This document shows positions 16,197 through 26,293 of a DNA stretch of 64,000 nt, one piece after another. The DNA lies in the NCBI GenBank assembly GCA_017453255.1, contig JAFTKN010000010.1, positions 88,458-152,457 of the forward strand. Reading direction: 5' to 3'. Numbering within the stretch: position 1 is the first letter of the stretch; every line of letters starts with the position of its first letter. The stretch is from Clostridia bacterium (GTDB lineage Bacteria > Bacillota > Clostridia > Oscillospirales > CAG-272). The translations under genes and the position numbers were made by a program. Below the pieces are notes generated by a model. The model saw nothing but the letters and a program-made list of their open reading frames with translations. It searched no databases and was not told the origin of the DNA.

Positions 16197-19028
16197 ATGC
16201 GATTTTATGAAAATCCCCTTAAAACATCAGAAAACAGAGAAAAACAGCGAGCTTATTACATTCCAAAGGGAAGTGCTAAATATACATCACTTAATGGAGA
16301 GTGGAAATTTAAGTTTTTTGAAAATAGTGATTTAGCAACCGAGCCGGAGAATTGGGATACTATAGAGGTACCTTCTTGTTGGCAACTCAAGGGTTATGAA
16401 AATCCTAACTATACAAACATTAACTTTCCTTTTCCATGCGATATGCCATATGTACCAAATATCAATCCAATGGGTATGTATGAAAGAGACTTTGAAATAT
16501 CAGATATTAGCAAAGAAGCATATGTAGTTTTAGAGGGAGTTTGCTCTTGCGCAGTTGTATATATTAATGAAAGCTATGTTGGTTATACACAAGGTAGTCA
16601 CCTTCAAGCTGAATTTAAAATTTCAAAATACGTAAAACAAGGAAAAAACACCATTAGAATAAAGGTTTACAAGTGGAGCTGTAGCACATATATTGAAGAC
16701 CAAGATATGTTTAGATATAATGGAATTTTCCGTGATATATATGTTCTTGAAAGAGAGAAAAATCATATAAAAGACATTGATATTCGTACGCAAGATAATA
16801 AAAAAATTGTTGTTAAGGCTGATAAAAAGGCTAATGTTAAATTATATGATGGAAATGAGCTTGTTGGTGAAAAAACTGGCACCCAGTGTACGTTTAATGT
16901 AAAAAAACCAAAATTGTGGACTGCTGAAACTCCATATCTTTATACTGTTATTTTGACACGTGGTAACGAGGTGATTGAGCAAAAGATAGGTATTCGCTCA
17001 ATTAAGGTTTCCGACAAGTACGAAATTCTTATAAATGGCACTCCAATAAAAATTAAGGGCATAAATCATCACGATACAATGATCGGTAAGGGATATTGTA
17101 TGACTGATGAGGATATGCGTCGCGATCTTGAGCTTATGAAGGAGCTTAATATTAACTGTGTAAGAACATCACATTATCCACCTCATCCCAAATTTGTTGA
17201 TATGTGTGATGAAATGGGCTTTTATGTTGTTCTTGAATGTGATAATGAGGCACATGGTATGCTTCGCAGATTCCCGAACGTCAACTACGATTACGATGTA
17301 ACAGTAAATGAGTGGCCCTGTTCGCATCCAGATTGGGCAAACGAGCATGAGGAACGAATGGCTCGTACATACGAAAGAGATAAGAACCATGCATCAATTA
17401 TAATGTGGTCATTAGGCAACGAGGCTGGATATCACTCAATTTGCAATGATCCTATGATAGAATACATTCGCAGAAGAGATGGAGAGCGTCTTATTCATTT
17501 TGAAAGCGCTTGCTGGCGTCAAGAGGGCATCGATAAAACAGATGTTTACTCTTGTATGTATCCAAGCATGGAGCGTGTAGTAAAGGAACTCACAATTAAT
17601 GATCGTAAAAAGCCTATTTATTTCTGTGAGTTTTCACATGCTATGGGTAATGGTCCTGGTGATGTGTGGCAATACGTTGATTTGATGTATAAATATGATA
17701 ACTATGTTGGTGGATGTATATGGGAATGGGCTGACCATGTCGTGGTAGTTGATGGCGTTCAAAAATATGGTGGCGATTTTCCTGGTGAGCTAACACATGA
17801 TGGAAACTTCTGTTGCGATGGTCTTGTTTTCGCTGATAGAAGCTTTAAGGCAGGTACTCTTGAAACGAAGGTGGCATATGCACCTTTCCGATTTGAATAT
17901 AAAGCTGGTAGAATTAAGATAACGAATCACTACGATTTTACAAATATAGCAGATTATAAATTTAAATATACAGTAAGAGTAGACGATAAATCTGTTGAGC
18001 AAAAGCAATTCTCACTCAAATTAGCTCCTAAAAAATCAGCATTTGTTAAAATTGATTCGATTCCAAAGGAATGTAAGTATGGTGCAAATATTGATGTGGA
18101 AATGTTTAATCCTCAGGGCGAGTCTTTGGGTATGCTTTCACAATCAATTGAATGTAAAAAAATTGTAGAAAAGAAAGATCTTAAACCAGCGACACTTATA
18201 AATGATGGTAATTTCATTTATGCATCTGGCGAAAACTTCGAATACCGTTACAACAAGCAAATCGGAAACTTCGATAGCTTAATAGTAAACGGAGAAGAGC
18301 TACTTGCGGAGGGAGTTAAGCTATCTACATTCAGAGCCTTAACTGATAATGACAAAAGAATGCATGATTTATGGATTAAGGTTACTGAATGGAAGGGTGA
18401 AAATATTGATTATACTACTACAAAGGTATATGATGTAAGTGTTAACAAGAACACAATAACTGCAGAATGTAGTCTTGGTGGTATCTCACGCTTACCATAT
18501 TTTAATTACAAGTTAAAGGCTACTATTTACTCAAATGGTACAATTTCATATGCACTTACTGGCGAGGTGAGAAAGGATACTGTATGGCTACCACGCCTTG
18601 GCTTTGAATTCTCATTAATTGGCAAAGACAGGGAGTTTACATATTTCGGTATGGGTCCTAGTGAAAATTACTGTGATATGTGTCATCACGTAAGACAGGA
18701 TTGGTTTAGAAGCTCTGCTGATACAGAGTATGTTCCTTATGTAAGACCGCAAGAGCATGGAAATCATATGAATACAAAAATTTTAAATATTGATGATAAA
18801 CTTGTGTTTACAGCTAAAAATTTTGAATTTAATGTTTCAAATTATAGTATTGAACAGCTTCATAAGGCTAATCATACTAATGAAATAGGTGAAAGTAAAG
18901 TCACACACGTGAGAATTGATTATAAAAATTCAGGTGTTGGATCATCATCCTGTGGACCAGATTTAGAGCCTGAGTATTGTTTAAATGAAAAGAATATTTC
19001 GTTCAAATTTGATTTGAGTATTATTTAA
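16197..19028 (+). CDS. GH2 beta-galactosidase (LacZ-like)
   Basis: 943 aa. Sugar-binding, Ig-like and TIM-barrel arrangement with acid/base region WSLGNEAG and nucleophile region YFCEFSHAMGNGPG. C-terminal Bgal small-N domain (RPQEHGNH). Confidence 0.9.
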   Translation: MRFYENPLKTSENREKQRAYYIPKGSAKYTSLNGEWKFKFFENSDLATEPENWDTIEVPSCWQLKGYENPNYTNINFPFPCDMPYVPNINPMGMYERDFEISDISKEAYVVLEGVCSCAVVYINESYVGYTQGSHLQAEFKISKYVKQGKNTIRIKVYKWSCSTYIEDQDMFRYNGIFRDIYVLEREKNHIKDIDIRTQDNKKIVVKADKKANVKLYDGNELVGEKTGTQCTFNVKKPKLWTAETPYLYTVILTRGNEVIEQKIGIRSIKVSDKYEILINGTPIKIKGINHHDTMIGKGYCMTDEDMRRDLELMKELNINCVRTSHYPPHPKFVDMCDEMGFYVVLECDNEAHGMLRRFPNVNYDYDVTVNEWPCSHPDWANEHEERMARTYERDKNHASIIMWSLGNEAGYHSICNDPMIEYIRRRDGERLIHFESACWRQEGIDKTDVYSCMYPSMERVVKELTINDRKKPIYFCEFSHAMGNGPGDVWQYVDLMYKYDNYVGGCIWEWADHVVVVDGVQKYGGDFPGELTHDGNFCCDGLVFADRSFKAGTLETKVAYAPFRFEYKAGRIKITNHYDFTNIADYKFKYTVRVDDKSVEQKQFSLKLAPKKSAFVKIDSIPKECKYGANIDVEMFNPQGESLGMLSQSIECKKIVEKKDLKPATLINDGNFIYASGENFEYRYNKQIGNFDSLIVNGEELLAEGVKLSTFRALTDNDKRMHDLWIKVTEWKGENIDYTTTKVYDVSVNKNTITAECSLGGISRLPYFNYKLKATIYSNGTISYALTGEVRKDTVWLPRLGFEFSLIGKDREFTYFGMGPSENYCDMCHHVRQDWFRSSADTEYVPYVRPQEHGNHMNTKILNIDDKLVFTAKNFEFNVSNYSIEQLHKANHTNEIGESKVTHVRIDYKNSGVGSSSCGPDLEPEYCLNEKNISFKFDLSII

Positions 19029-19033
19029 TGCAC

Positions 19034-19063
19034 AAAAGGTCGCTATTCTGCGACCTTTTGTTT
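19034..19063 (+). terminator. intrinsic terminator after the beta-galactosidase gene
   Basis: AAAAGGTCGC-tattct-GCGACCTTTTGTTT. Confidence 0.8.
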
Positions 19064-19122
19064 AAGAATAATTTACTTTTAATTTTGCAAATGTGTGGTA
19101 GAATAATGTAAGAGGTGATAAA

Positions 19123-19833
19123 ATGTTTTTTTATATTGATTGGACATATATAATTCTCATAATACCTGCAATTTTGCTTTCTATTATCGCAAGCGCTATG
19201 GTAAGCCATACATTTAATAAGTATGCAAAAATTAATTCAGTGTCTGGCTTATCTGCTTCACACGTTGCACGACAGATTTTAGATAAAAATGGATTACAAT
19301 ATGTCGAAATTCAACATGTAAGAGGAACGCTAACAGACCACTATGATCCAAGGCGTAACGTAATAAGACTTTCTGACAGCACCTATTTTTCTAGCTCGGC
19401 TGCATCTATTGGGGTAGCAGTTCATGAGGTAGGACATGCAATACAATATCAAAAGAAGTATTTTCCGATAAAAATTCGACAAGCTATAATTCCAATTACA
19501 AAAATAGGCTCACAGCTGGCAATTCCACTCATTATATTGGGGGTGTTTTTATCAACACTGGGTGAGCATTTTTCATATATTGCATATGTTGGAATTGGTT
19601 TGTTTGCATTATCTGTTCTATTACAACTCATTACATTGCCAGTTGAATTTAATGCAAGCAAGAGAGCAATGAATGAGCTGAGAACAAATAACATATTAAC
19701 AAAGAAAGAGCTTGTTTATGCAAGAAAAGTTTTAACGGCAGCAGCTATGACATATGTAACTGCGCTTGTTGTTTCAATTATGTATTTGTTAAGATTTTTA
19801 ATAATAGTGGGACGAAGGAATAATAGGCGTTGA
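19123..19833 (+). CDS. YugP-type membrane zinc metallopeptidase
   Basis: N-terminal TM, HEVGHAIQ zinc motif, and C-terminal TM helices, the typical Zn_peptidase_2 layout. Confidence 0.8.
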   Translation: MFFYIDWTYIILIIPAILLSIIASAMVSHTFNKYAKINSVSGLSASHVARQILDKNGLQYVEIQHVRGTLTDHYDPRRNVIRLSDSTYFSSSAASIGVAVHEVGHAIQYQKKYFPIKIRQAIIPITKIGSQLAIPLIILGVFLSTLGEHFSYIAYVGIGLFALSVLLQLITLPVEFNASKRAMNELRTNNILTKKELVYARKVLTAAAMTYVTALVVSIMYLLRFLIIVGRRNNRR

Positions 19834-19862
19834 AATAAATATAAAAAATTTTACTGAAACCC

Positions 19863-19891
19863 TTGACATTATCTTTCAATTGTGATAGAAT
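19863..19891 (+). promoter_or_regulatory. sigma-A-type promoter of rplU-prp-rpmA
   Basis: TTGACA (19863-68), 17 nt, TGa-TAGAAT (19886-91). Leaves an approximately 77-nt leader before rplU. Confidence 0.6.
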
Positions 19892-19974
19892 CTTGATGCC
19901 GCATAATGCTGTGGTCGCAAATAGTTATTAACTTACCCAGCTTAGCGAGTTTTTGTGAAAGAGAGGTGCTTTTC

Positions 19975-20289
19975 GTGTTCGCAATTATTCAAACAGGCGG
20001 AAAGCAATACAAAGTAAACGAGGGAGACTTTATCTTCGTTGAAAAGCTTGGAGCAGAAGAGGGTGCAGAGTATGTTTTTGATCAGGTTCTTGCTGTATCA
20101 AATGACAATGGCTTTGTAACAGGAGCTCCATATGTTTCCGGTGCTTCCGTAACAGCAAAGGTTGTTCGTAACGGTAAAGCAAAGAAAATTTACGTTATGA
20201 AGTACAAGGCAAAAAAGAACGAGAAAAAGAAGATCGGTCATAGACAGCCTTATACAAAAGTACAAATCGAAAAGATTGTTGTTGGTTAA
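19975..20289 (+). CDS. rplU: 50S ribosomal protein L21
   Basis: [17 protein letters not shown]... matches the L21 N-terminus. GTG 19975 is preceded by GAGAGGTG at 6 nt. The track start at 19906 adds a non-homologous extension that overlaps the leader. Confidence 0.9.
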   Translation: MFAIIQTGGKQYKVNEGDFIFVEKLGAEEGAEYVFDQVLAVSNDNGFVTGAPYVSGASVTAKVVRNGKAKKIYVMKYKAKKNEKKKIGHRQPYTKVQIEKIVVG

Positions 20290-20303
20290 TTTGAGGAAAT
20301 TAT

Positions 20304-20672
20304 ATGACTAAAGTCGTATTTTTCAGATCTAACGGAGTTTTTTGGGGCTTTGAAGAGCAAGGTCATACTGGCTATGCTGAGAGTGGTAACGACATTTTGT
20401 GTTCAGCTCTTTCTTCAATGACAATGCTTATTATAAATGCAATTGAGGTTTCATATGCTTCAGATGTAAACTACGAAATAGATGAAGAAACAACAAATGT
20501 ACGTGTAACTTCTCGCAGTGCGTTACCGGACTGGGAGAGCGATGAGAGAAAAAGATATGCAATATCTGGACTTATCATGGCATATTACTATCAATTAAAT
20601 GATTTGGTAGAAGACTATTACGATTACTTAGATGTAGAAGTAATAGAAAAAGATTATGACGGTAACAAATAA
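20304..20672 (+). CDS. prp: ribosomal-processing cysteine protease Prp (YsxB family)
   Basis: Sits between rplU and rpmA. GHTGYAESGNDILCSALS holds the catalytic His/Cys pattern of Prp. Confidence 0.85.
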   Translation: MTKVVFFRSNGVFWGFEEQGHTGYAESGNDILCSALSSMTMLIINAIEVSYASDVNYEIDEETTNVRVTSRSALPDWESDERKRYAISGLIMAYYYQLNDLVEDYYDYLDVEVIEKDYDGNK

Positions 20673-20699
20673 ACGTAAAAATTAACGGAGGAACATATA

Positions 20700-20978
20700 A
20701 TGTTAAGACTTGGTTTACAGTTCTTCGCACACAAAAAGGGTGTTGGTTCTACAAAGAACGGTCGTGACAGTGAGTCAAAGCGCCTTGGCGTTAAGAAAGC
20801 TGATGGTTCAAATGTAATCGCTGGCAATATCATTGTTAGACAAAGAGGAACAAAAATTCATCCAGGTACCAATGTTGGTATCGGAAAAGATGACACACTT
20901 TTCGCTCTTGCAGATGGAGTAGTAAAGTTTGACCATTTGACAAAGGACAAGAAGCGTGTTAACGTTATCGCAAAATAA
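20700..20978 (+). CDS. rpmA: 50S ribosomal protein L27 with N-terminal Prp-cleaved extension
   Basis: [24 protein letters not shown] is the Firmicute propeptide and cleavage motif followed by the conserved L27 core. Confidence 0.95.
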   Translation: MLRLGLQFFAHKKGVGSTKNGRDSESKRLGVKKADGSNVIAGNIIVRQRGTKIHPGTNVGIGKDDTLFALADGVVKFDHLTKDKKRVNVIAK

Positions 20979-20987
20979 TTAGACAAT

Positions 20988-21022
20988 AAAGAAAAGGATG
21001 CTTTGAGCATCCTTTTCTTTTT
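20988..21022 (+). terminator. intrinsic terminator after rpmA
   Basis: GAAAAGGATGC-tttga-GCATCCTTTTC followed by TTTTT. Confidence 0.85.
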
Positions 21023-21165
21023 ATCAATTTTTAGTAAAAAACGCGAGAAAAATATATAAATTTTGGATTAAATGACATATTTAATATAAAATAATAAATT
21101 TATCTTCACAATAAAATAAAAATGTGATAAAATAATTAGGAATAAAACAATAAAGAGGTTTTAAT

Positions 21166-21885
21166 ATGCTTGAATTGAAAAATGTTTCTTTTAAAGTAGA
21201 TACAGAAGATGGAGAAAAAGAAATATTAAAGGATATAAACTTAAAGATTGACGATAAATTTGTCGCGATAACAGGACCAAATGGTGGTGGAAAATCCACA
21301 CTTGCAAAAATTATTGCAGGAATATATAATCCAACTGGTGGTCAAATTTTGCTTGATGGTGAAGATATAACTAATAAGTCTATTACAGAAAGGGCGCAAA
21401 TGGGAATAAGCTTTGCGTTCCAACAACCTGTTCGGTTCAAGGGCTTAACAGTAGGTGATTTAATTACGCTTGCGTCTGGTAAGAAAATAAGTGTTTCCGA
21501 AGCATGCACATATCTTTCAGAGGTTGGACTTTGCGCAAGAGAATATATAGACAGAGAAATTAACGCCTCACTTTCTGGTGGAGAATTAAAAAGAATAGAA
21601 ATTGCAATGATAATGGCAAGATCAACCAAATTATCAGTGTTCGATGAGCCAGAGGCAGGAATTGATCTATGGAGCTTTAACAACTTGATAAGAGTTTTCG
21701 AAAAAATGAACGAAAAGACAAACGGTTCAATTATCATTATTTCACATCAAGAAAAGATTCTTGATATAGCTGATAAAATAATAGTTGTTGCAAATGGCGA
21801 AGTAAAAAGTTATGGAACCAAAAAAGATATTTTGCCTGCACTTCTAAGAAACGAGAATACAAGTTTTTCTTGTGTAAAGCTTTAA
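21166..21885 (+). CDS. sufC: Fe-S cluster assembly ATPase SufC
   Basis: ABC ATPase with Walker A GPNGGGKST, signature LSGGELKR, Walker B LSVFDEPEAGID, and H-loop SHQ. Followed by a SufB/D-family gene. Confidence 0.8.
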   Translation: MLELKNVSFKVDTEDGEKEILKDINLKIDDKFVAITGPNGGGKSTLAKIIAGIYNPTGGQILLDGEDITNKSITERAQMGISFAFQQPVRFKGLTVGDLITLASGKKISVSEACTYLSEVGLCAREYIDREINASLSGGELKRIEIAMIMARSTKLSVFDEPEAGIDLWSFNNLIRVFEKMNEKTNGSIIIISHQEKILDIADKIIVVANGEVKSYGTKKDILPALLRNENTSFSCVKL

Positions 21886-21898
21886 TTGGAGAAGATAT

Positions 21899-22816
21899 AT
21901 GGATAAGATAGGAAAGGACCTTTTAAAGAAGGTAGCAGATTTGCACGAAATTCCCGAGGGTGCTTATAATATTAGAGAAAATGGTGGCTTAGGTGGAAGA
22001 CGCACAACTGCAAATATTGATATAATTACAAAAGAAGAAAAGCCAGGAATTGATATAATAATAAAACCAAATACTAAAAACGAGAGCGTGCATATACCAG
22101 TTATCATTAGTAAAAGTGGATTAGATGATTTAGTATATAATGATTTTTACATTGGCGAAAATGCTGATGTTGTTGTAATAGCTGGCTGTGGAATTCATAA
22201 TACTGGAGATGATAAATCAAGTCACGATGGTATTCATACATTCCATGTTGGAAAGAATGCTAAAATTAAATATGTTGAAAGACATTATGGAGCTGGAGAT
22301 GGACTGGGAACAAATGTCATGAATCCAACAACCGTCATTGAAATTGATGATGGTGGGTATATGGAAATGGAAACCACGCAAATTAAAGGTATAGATTCGA
22401 CGATTCGTAAAACAAGTGCGAAGCTTGGCAATGATGCAAAGCTTGTAATTAAAGAAAGCCTTATGACGCATGGAAATCAATATGCAAAAACTGATTTTAC
22501 AGTTGATTTGGATGGTGAAAATTCGTCTGCAAATGTAATTTCTCGTTCGGTCGCAAAGGATGAATCATATCAAGAGTTTTTATCAATAATTAATGGTAAT
22601 AATAAGTGTGCTGGTCATACTGAATGTGATGCTATTATAATGGGTAAAGCTCGCGTTTGTGCAATACCACAAATTACAGCTAATCATTTGGATGCGAGTT
22701 TGATTCATGAGGCTGCTATAGGAAAAATTGCTGGAGAACAGCTTATGAAGCTTATGACTCTAGGATTAACCGAAGAGGAAGCTGAGGAGCAGATTGTAAA
22801 CGGATTTTTGAAATAA
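21899..22816 (+). CDS. SufB/SufD-family Fe-S assembly scaffold protein (short form)
   Basis: 305 aa. Beta-helix-type SufBD core. The C-terminal pattern HEAAIGKI..EQLMKLMTLGLTEEEAEEQIVNGF is typical of SufB/SufD. Confidence 0.75.
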   Translation: MDKIGKDLLKKVADLHEIPEGAYNIRENGGLGGRRTTANIDIITKEEKPGIDIIIKPNTKNESVHIPVIISKSGLDDLVYNDFYIGENADVVVIAGCGIHNTGDDKSSHDGIHTFHVGKNAKIKYVERHYGAGDGLGTNVMNPTTVIEIDDGGYMEMETTQIKGIDSTIRKTSAKLGNDAKLVIKESLMTHGNQYAKTDFTVDLDGENSSANVISRSVAKDESYQEFLSIINGNNKCAGHTECDAIIMGKARVCAIPQITANHLDASLIHEAAIGKIAGEQLMKLMTLGLTEEEAEEQIVNGFLK

Positions 22817-22849
22817 AAACTTTAATTTTTGTTTAGGTAGGGGAGATAA

Positions 22850-25462
22850 ATGAAGGATTATCCAATTGTAAACAACGTTGATACATTTAACGAAGCTCTT
22901 AAAAGAGTAAAGAATGCACAAAAGATTTTTGCCACATACACTCAAGAGCAGGTTGATAAAATTTTTAGAGAAGCTGCAATGGCTGCTAATAAAGCAAGAA
23001 TTGTGCTTGCCAAAAGTGCAGTAAATGAAACGGGTATGGGTGTTGTTGAGGATAAAGTTATTAAAAATCACTTTGCCTCAGAATATATATATAACAAATA
23101 TAAGAGTACAAAAACTTGTGGTGTGATTGATGAAGATTCAGCAGGAGGAATGCAAAAAATTGCTGCACCGATTGGCGTAGTTGCAGCTGTAATTCCTACC
23201 ACAAATCCAACTTCTACTGCCATTTTTAAGACCTTGCTTGCATTAAAAACAAGAAATGGAATAATAATAAGTCCTCATCCTAGAGCGAAGAATAGTACAA
23301 TTATGGCTGCAAAACTTGTTCTTGAGGCTGCTGTAAAAGCTGGTGCTCCAGAGGATATTATCGCCTGGATTGATGTACCAAGTCTTGAGCTTACAAATTT
23401 ATTAATGGCTACTGCTGATATTATTTTGGCTACAGGTGGTCCAGGTATGGTGCGTTCTGCATATTCGAGTGGAAAGCCCGCACTTGGTGTAGGAGCAGGA
23501 AATGTTCCAGCAGTTATAGATGATAGTGCAAATGTTGTGCTGGCTGTCAACTCAATTATACATTCAAAAACCTTTGACAATGGCATGATATGTGCATCAG
23601 AGCAATCAGTAATAGTACCAGAAAAGTTGTACGATGATGTAAAAAACGAGTTTATAAAAAGAAATTGTTATTTTTTAAAGCCTGATGAGATAGAAAAGGT
23701 TAGAAAAACAATAATCATAAATGGTTCATTAAATGCTAAAATTGTAGGACAATGTGCATATAAAATTGCTCAGTTGGCTGGCGTTAGTGTTCCTGAAAAC
23801 ACAAAAATCCTTATCGGTGAGGTAGAAAGTGTTGAGCTAACAGAGGAATTTGCTCATGAAAAGCTTTCACCAGTACTCGCTATGTATAAGTCTAAAGATT
23901 TTGAAGATTCATTAGAAAAAGCATATTGTTTAATAGAGGATGGAGGCTTGGGACATACCTCGTCCATATTTATAAATGAGCTTACCGAAAAAGAAAAGCT
24001 TAATAAATTTACTGAAAGAATGAAAACCTGCCGTATTCTTGTTAATACACCATCGTCTCATGGTGGCATAGGAGATGTGTATAATTTTCGTCTCGAACCA
24101 TCATTAACTCTTGGATGTGGAACATGGGGTGGAAACTCAATATACGAAAACGTAGGTGTTAAGCATTTATTGAATGTAAAAACTGTAGCAATTAGGAGGG
24201 AAAACATGCTTTGGTTTAGAGCACCTGAAAAAATTTACATGAAAAAGGGCTGTCTGACTGTCGCACTCGACGAGTTGAAAACCGTTATGAACAAAAAAAG
24301 AGCATTTGTTGTAACAGATAATTTCTTGTTTGAAAATGGCTATGTTACTCCTATTACAAATAAACTTGCTGAAATGGGAATACAATACGCTATTTTTCAT
24401 AGTGTAGAGCCAGATCCTACACTTGCTTGTGCTAACGAAGGTGCTATGCAAATGAATGCATTCAAGCCAGATGTTATTATTGCATTTGGTGGTGGTTCAG
24501 CTATGGATGCTGCTAAAATCATGTGGGTTCTTTATGAGCATCCAAATTCTGATTTTATGGATATGGCAATGCGATTTAGTGATATAAGAAAACGTATTTA
24601 TACATTTCCTAAAATGGGCGAAAAAGCTTATTTCGTTGCAATTCCAACATCTGCAGGTACTGGTTCAGAGGTAACTCCATTTGCAGTTATAACCGACGAT
24701 GCAACAGGTGTGAAATATCCGTTAGCTGATTATGAGCTTCTTCCGAATATGGCGATAGTTGATGCAGATTTTCATATGTCAGCTCCAAAGGGATTAACTG
24801 CAGCATCTGGTATTGATGCAGTTACTCATGCTCTTGAAGCATATGCATCAATTATGGCAACTGATTATACAGATGGCTTAGCGCTAAAGGCCTTAAAAGT
24901 GATTTTTGAATATTTACCAAGAGCTTATGAAAATGGCGCAAATGATCCAATTGCAAGAGAAAAAATGGCTAATGCTGCGACAATGGCAGGTATGTCATTT
25001 GCTAATGCTTTCTTAGGGGTTTGTCACTCAATGGCTCACAAGCTTGGTTCATTTCATCATTTACCACATGGTGTTGCAAATGCTTTGATGATTAATGAGG
25101 TTATTAGATTTAATTCAAGTGAGGCTCCAACAAAAATGGGAACCTTTTCCCAATATGATCATCCACATACTTTGGAAAGATATGCCGAGATTGCAGACTA
25201 TTTAGGGGCAAAAGGCAATACTAACGAAGAAAAGGTTGAAAATTTAATAAAACTAATTGATGAGTTAAAGGACAAGGTTGGTATAAAGCACAGTATCAAA
25301 GAGTATGATATTGACGAAAAATCCTTCTTAGACAATTTGGACGAGATGGTAGAGCAGGCATTTGACGATCAATGTACTGGAGCAAATCCACGTTACCCAC
25401 TGCTAAGTGAGATCAAAGATATGTATTTAAATGCCTATTATGGAACAAAAAAAGAGGTTTAA
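22850..25462 (+). CDS. adhE: bifunctional acetaldehyde-CoA / alcohol dehydrogenase
   Basis: 870 aa. N-terminal ALDH domain (catalytic region FDNGMICASEQS) fused to an Fe-ADH domain (GGGSAMDAAK, His cluster HSMAHKLG..H..HG). Confidence 0.95.
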   Translation: MKDYPIVNNVDTFNEALKRVKNAQKIFATYTQEQVDKIFREAAMAANKARIVLAKSAVNETGMGVVEDKVIKNHFASEYIYNKYKSTKTCGVIDEDSAGGMQKIAAPIGVVAAVIPTTNPTSTAIFKTLLALKTRNGIIISPHPRAKNSTIMAAKLVLEAAVKAGAPEDIIAWIDVPSLELTNLLMATADIILATGGPGMVRSAYSSGKPALGVGAGNVPAVIDDSANVVLAVNSIIHSKTFDNGMICASEQSVIVPEKLYDDVKNEFIKRNCYFLKPDEIEKVRKTIIINGSLNAKIVGQCAYKIAQLAGVSVPENTKILIGEVESVELTEEFAHEKLSPVLAMYKSKDFEDSLEKAYCLIEDGGLGHTSSIFINELTEKEKLNKFTERMKTCRILVNTPSSHGGIGDVYNFRLEPSLTLGCGTWGGNSIYENVGVKHLLNVKTVAIRRENMLWFRAPEKIYMKKGCLTVALDELKTVMNKKRAFVVTDNFLFENGYVTPITNKLAEMGIQYAIFHSVEPDPTLACANEGAMQMNAFKPDVIIAFGGGSAMDAAKIMWVLYEHPNSDFMDMAMRFSDIRKRIYTFPKMGEKAYFVAIPTSAGTGSEVTPFAVITDDATGVKYPLADYELLPNMAIVDADFHMSAPKGLTAASGIDAVTHALEAYASIMATDYTDGLALKALKVIFEYLPRAYENGANDPIAREKMANAATMAGMSFANAFLGVCHSMAHKLGSFHHLPHGVANALMINEVIRFNSSEAPTKMGTFSQYDHPHTLERYAEIADYLGAKGNTNEEKVENLIKLIDELKDKVGIKHSIKEYDIDEKSFLDNLDEMVEQAFDDQCTGANPRYPLLSEIKDMYLNAYYGTKKEV

Positions 25463-25483
25463 TCTAGGAAGGGTTTGAATTAT

Positions 25484-26233
25484 ATGAAATTTGATAACGT
25501 AATCGCAAAAAGATCCGATAAAACTGTTTATAGAGATGGCGACCTGAAAATAAAGGTGTATAATGAAGAAACATCTAAGGTTAATGTTCTTGTTTCTGCA
25601 TTGAATCAAGCAAAAATAGAGGAAACTGGCTTAAATGTTCCAAAACTACGAGCTGTAACAACCAACGAAGGAAAATGGATCGTTGTTACAGATTATATAG
25701 AGGGAACACCCCTTGATGTGCTAATGAAAAATCATCCAGAAAAAGAGGATGAATATTTAAAAATGTTTGTTGATTTGCAGGCAAGTGTTCATACAAAAAG
25801 ATCAACAGGACTTTTAAAAATAAAAGAAAAAATGTCTGCAAAAATTTCGCAAACTGACTTGGATGAATGCTTGAAATATGAGCTTCATGCAAGACTTGAG
25901 GGTATGCCGAACCATATTAAACTTTGCCATGGTGATTTTAATCCATCTAATGTAATAGTGAAAGAAAATGGCGAGATGTTTATTATTGACTGGTCGCATG
26001 CAACACAAGGAAATGCATCGGCAGATGTCGCAAGGACTTACTTGATTTTCAAACTTGAAGGGAAAGACACAATTGCAGATAAATATTTAGACCTTTTCTG
26101 TGCAAAAACAGGGTTAGCAAGAAGTTATTACTTGAGATGGCTTCCAATCGTTGCTGCATCTCAATCTGTGAAAAAAAACGAAGCAGAAAAGGAACTACTT
26201 TTAAAGTGGGTAAATGTTGTAGATTTTGAATAG
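25484..26233 (+). CDS. APH/choline-kinase-like phosphotransferase family protein
   Basis: Brenner/catalytic loop LCHGDFNPSNVIV and IIDWSHA metal-binding motif. Small (249 aa) kinase fold. Substrate unknown. Confidence 0.7.
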   Translation: MKFDNVIAKRSDKTVYRDGDLKIKVYNEETSKVNVLVSALNQAKIEETGLNVPKLRAVTTNEGKWIVVTDYIEGTPLDVLMKNHPEKEDEYLKMFVDLQASVHTKRSTGLLKIKEKMSAKISQTDLDECLKYELHARLEGMPNHIKLCHGDFNPSNVIVKENGEMFIIDWSHATQGNASADVARTYLIFKLEGKDTIADKYLDLFCAKTGLARSYYLRWLPIVAASQSVKKNEAEKELLLKWVNVVDFE

Positions 26234-26293
26234 ACGGAAATCCCGTGGTAAATCATCACGGGAAATTCCCATTAGATAATTGTGGTGACAAAT

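Noticed and set aside
19892-19974. Expected L21 ribosomal leader upstream of rplU
   Set aside because: A leader of the right length (about 77 nt) exists, but I could not fold a convincing conserved hairpin or recall the consensus well enough. It needs a covariance-model search, so it is not reported as a feature.
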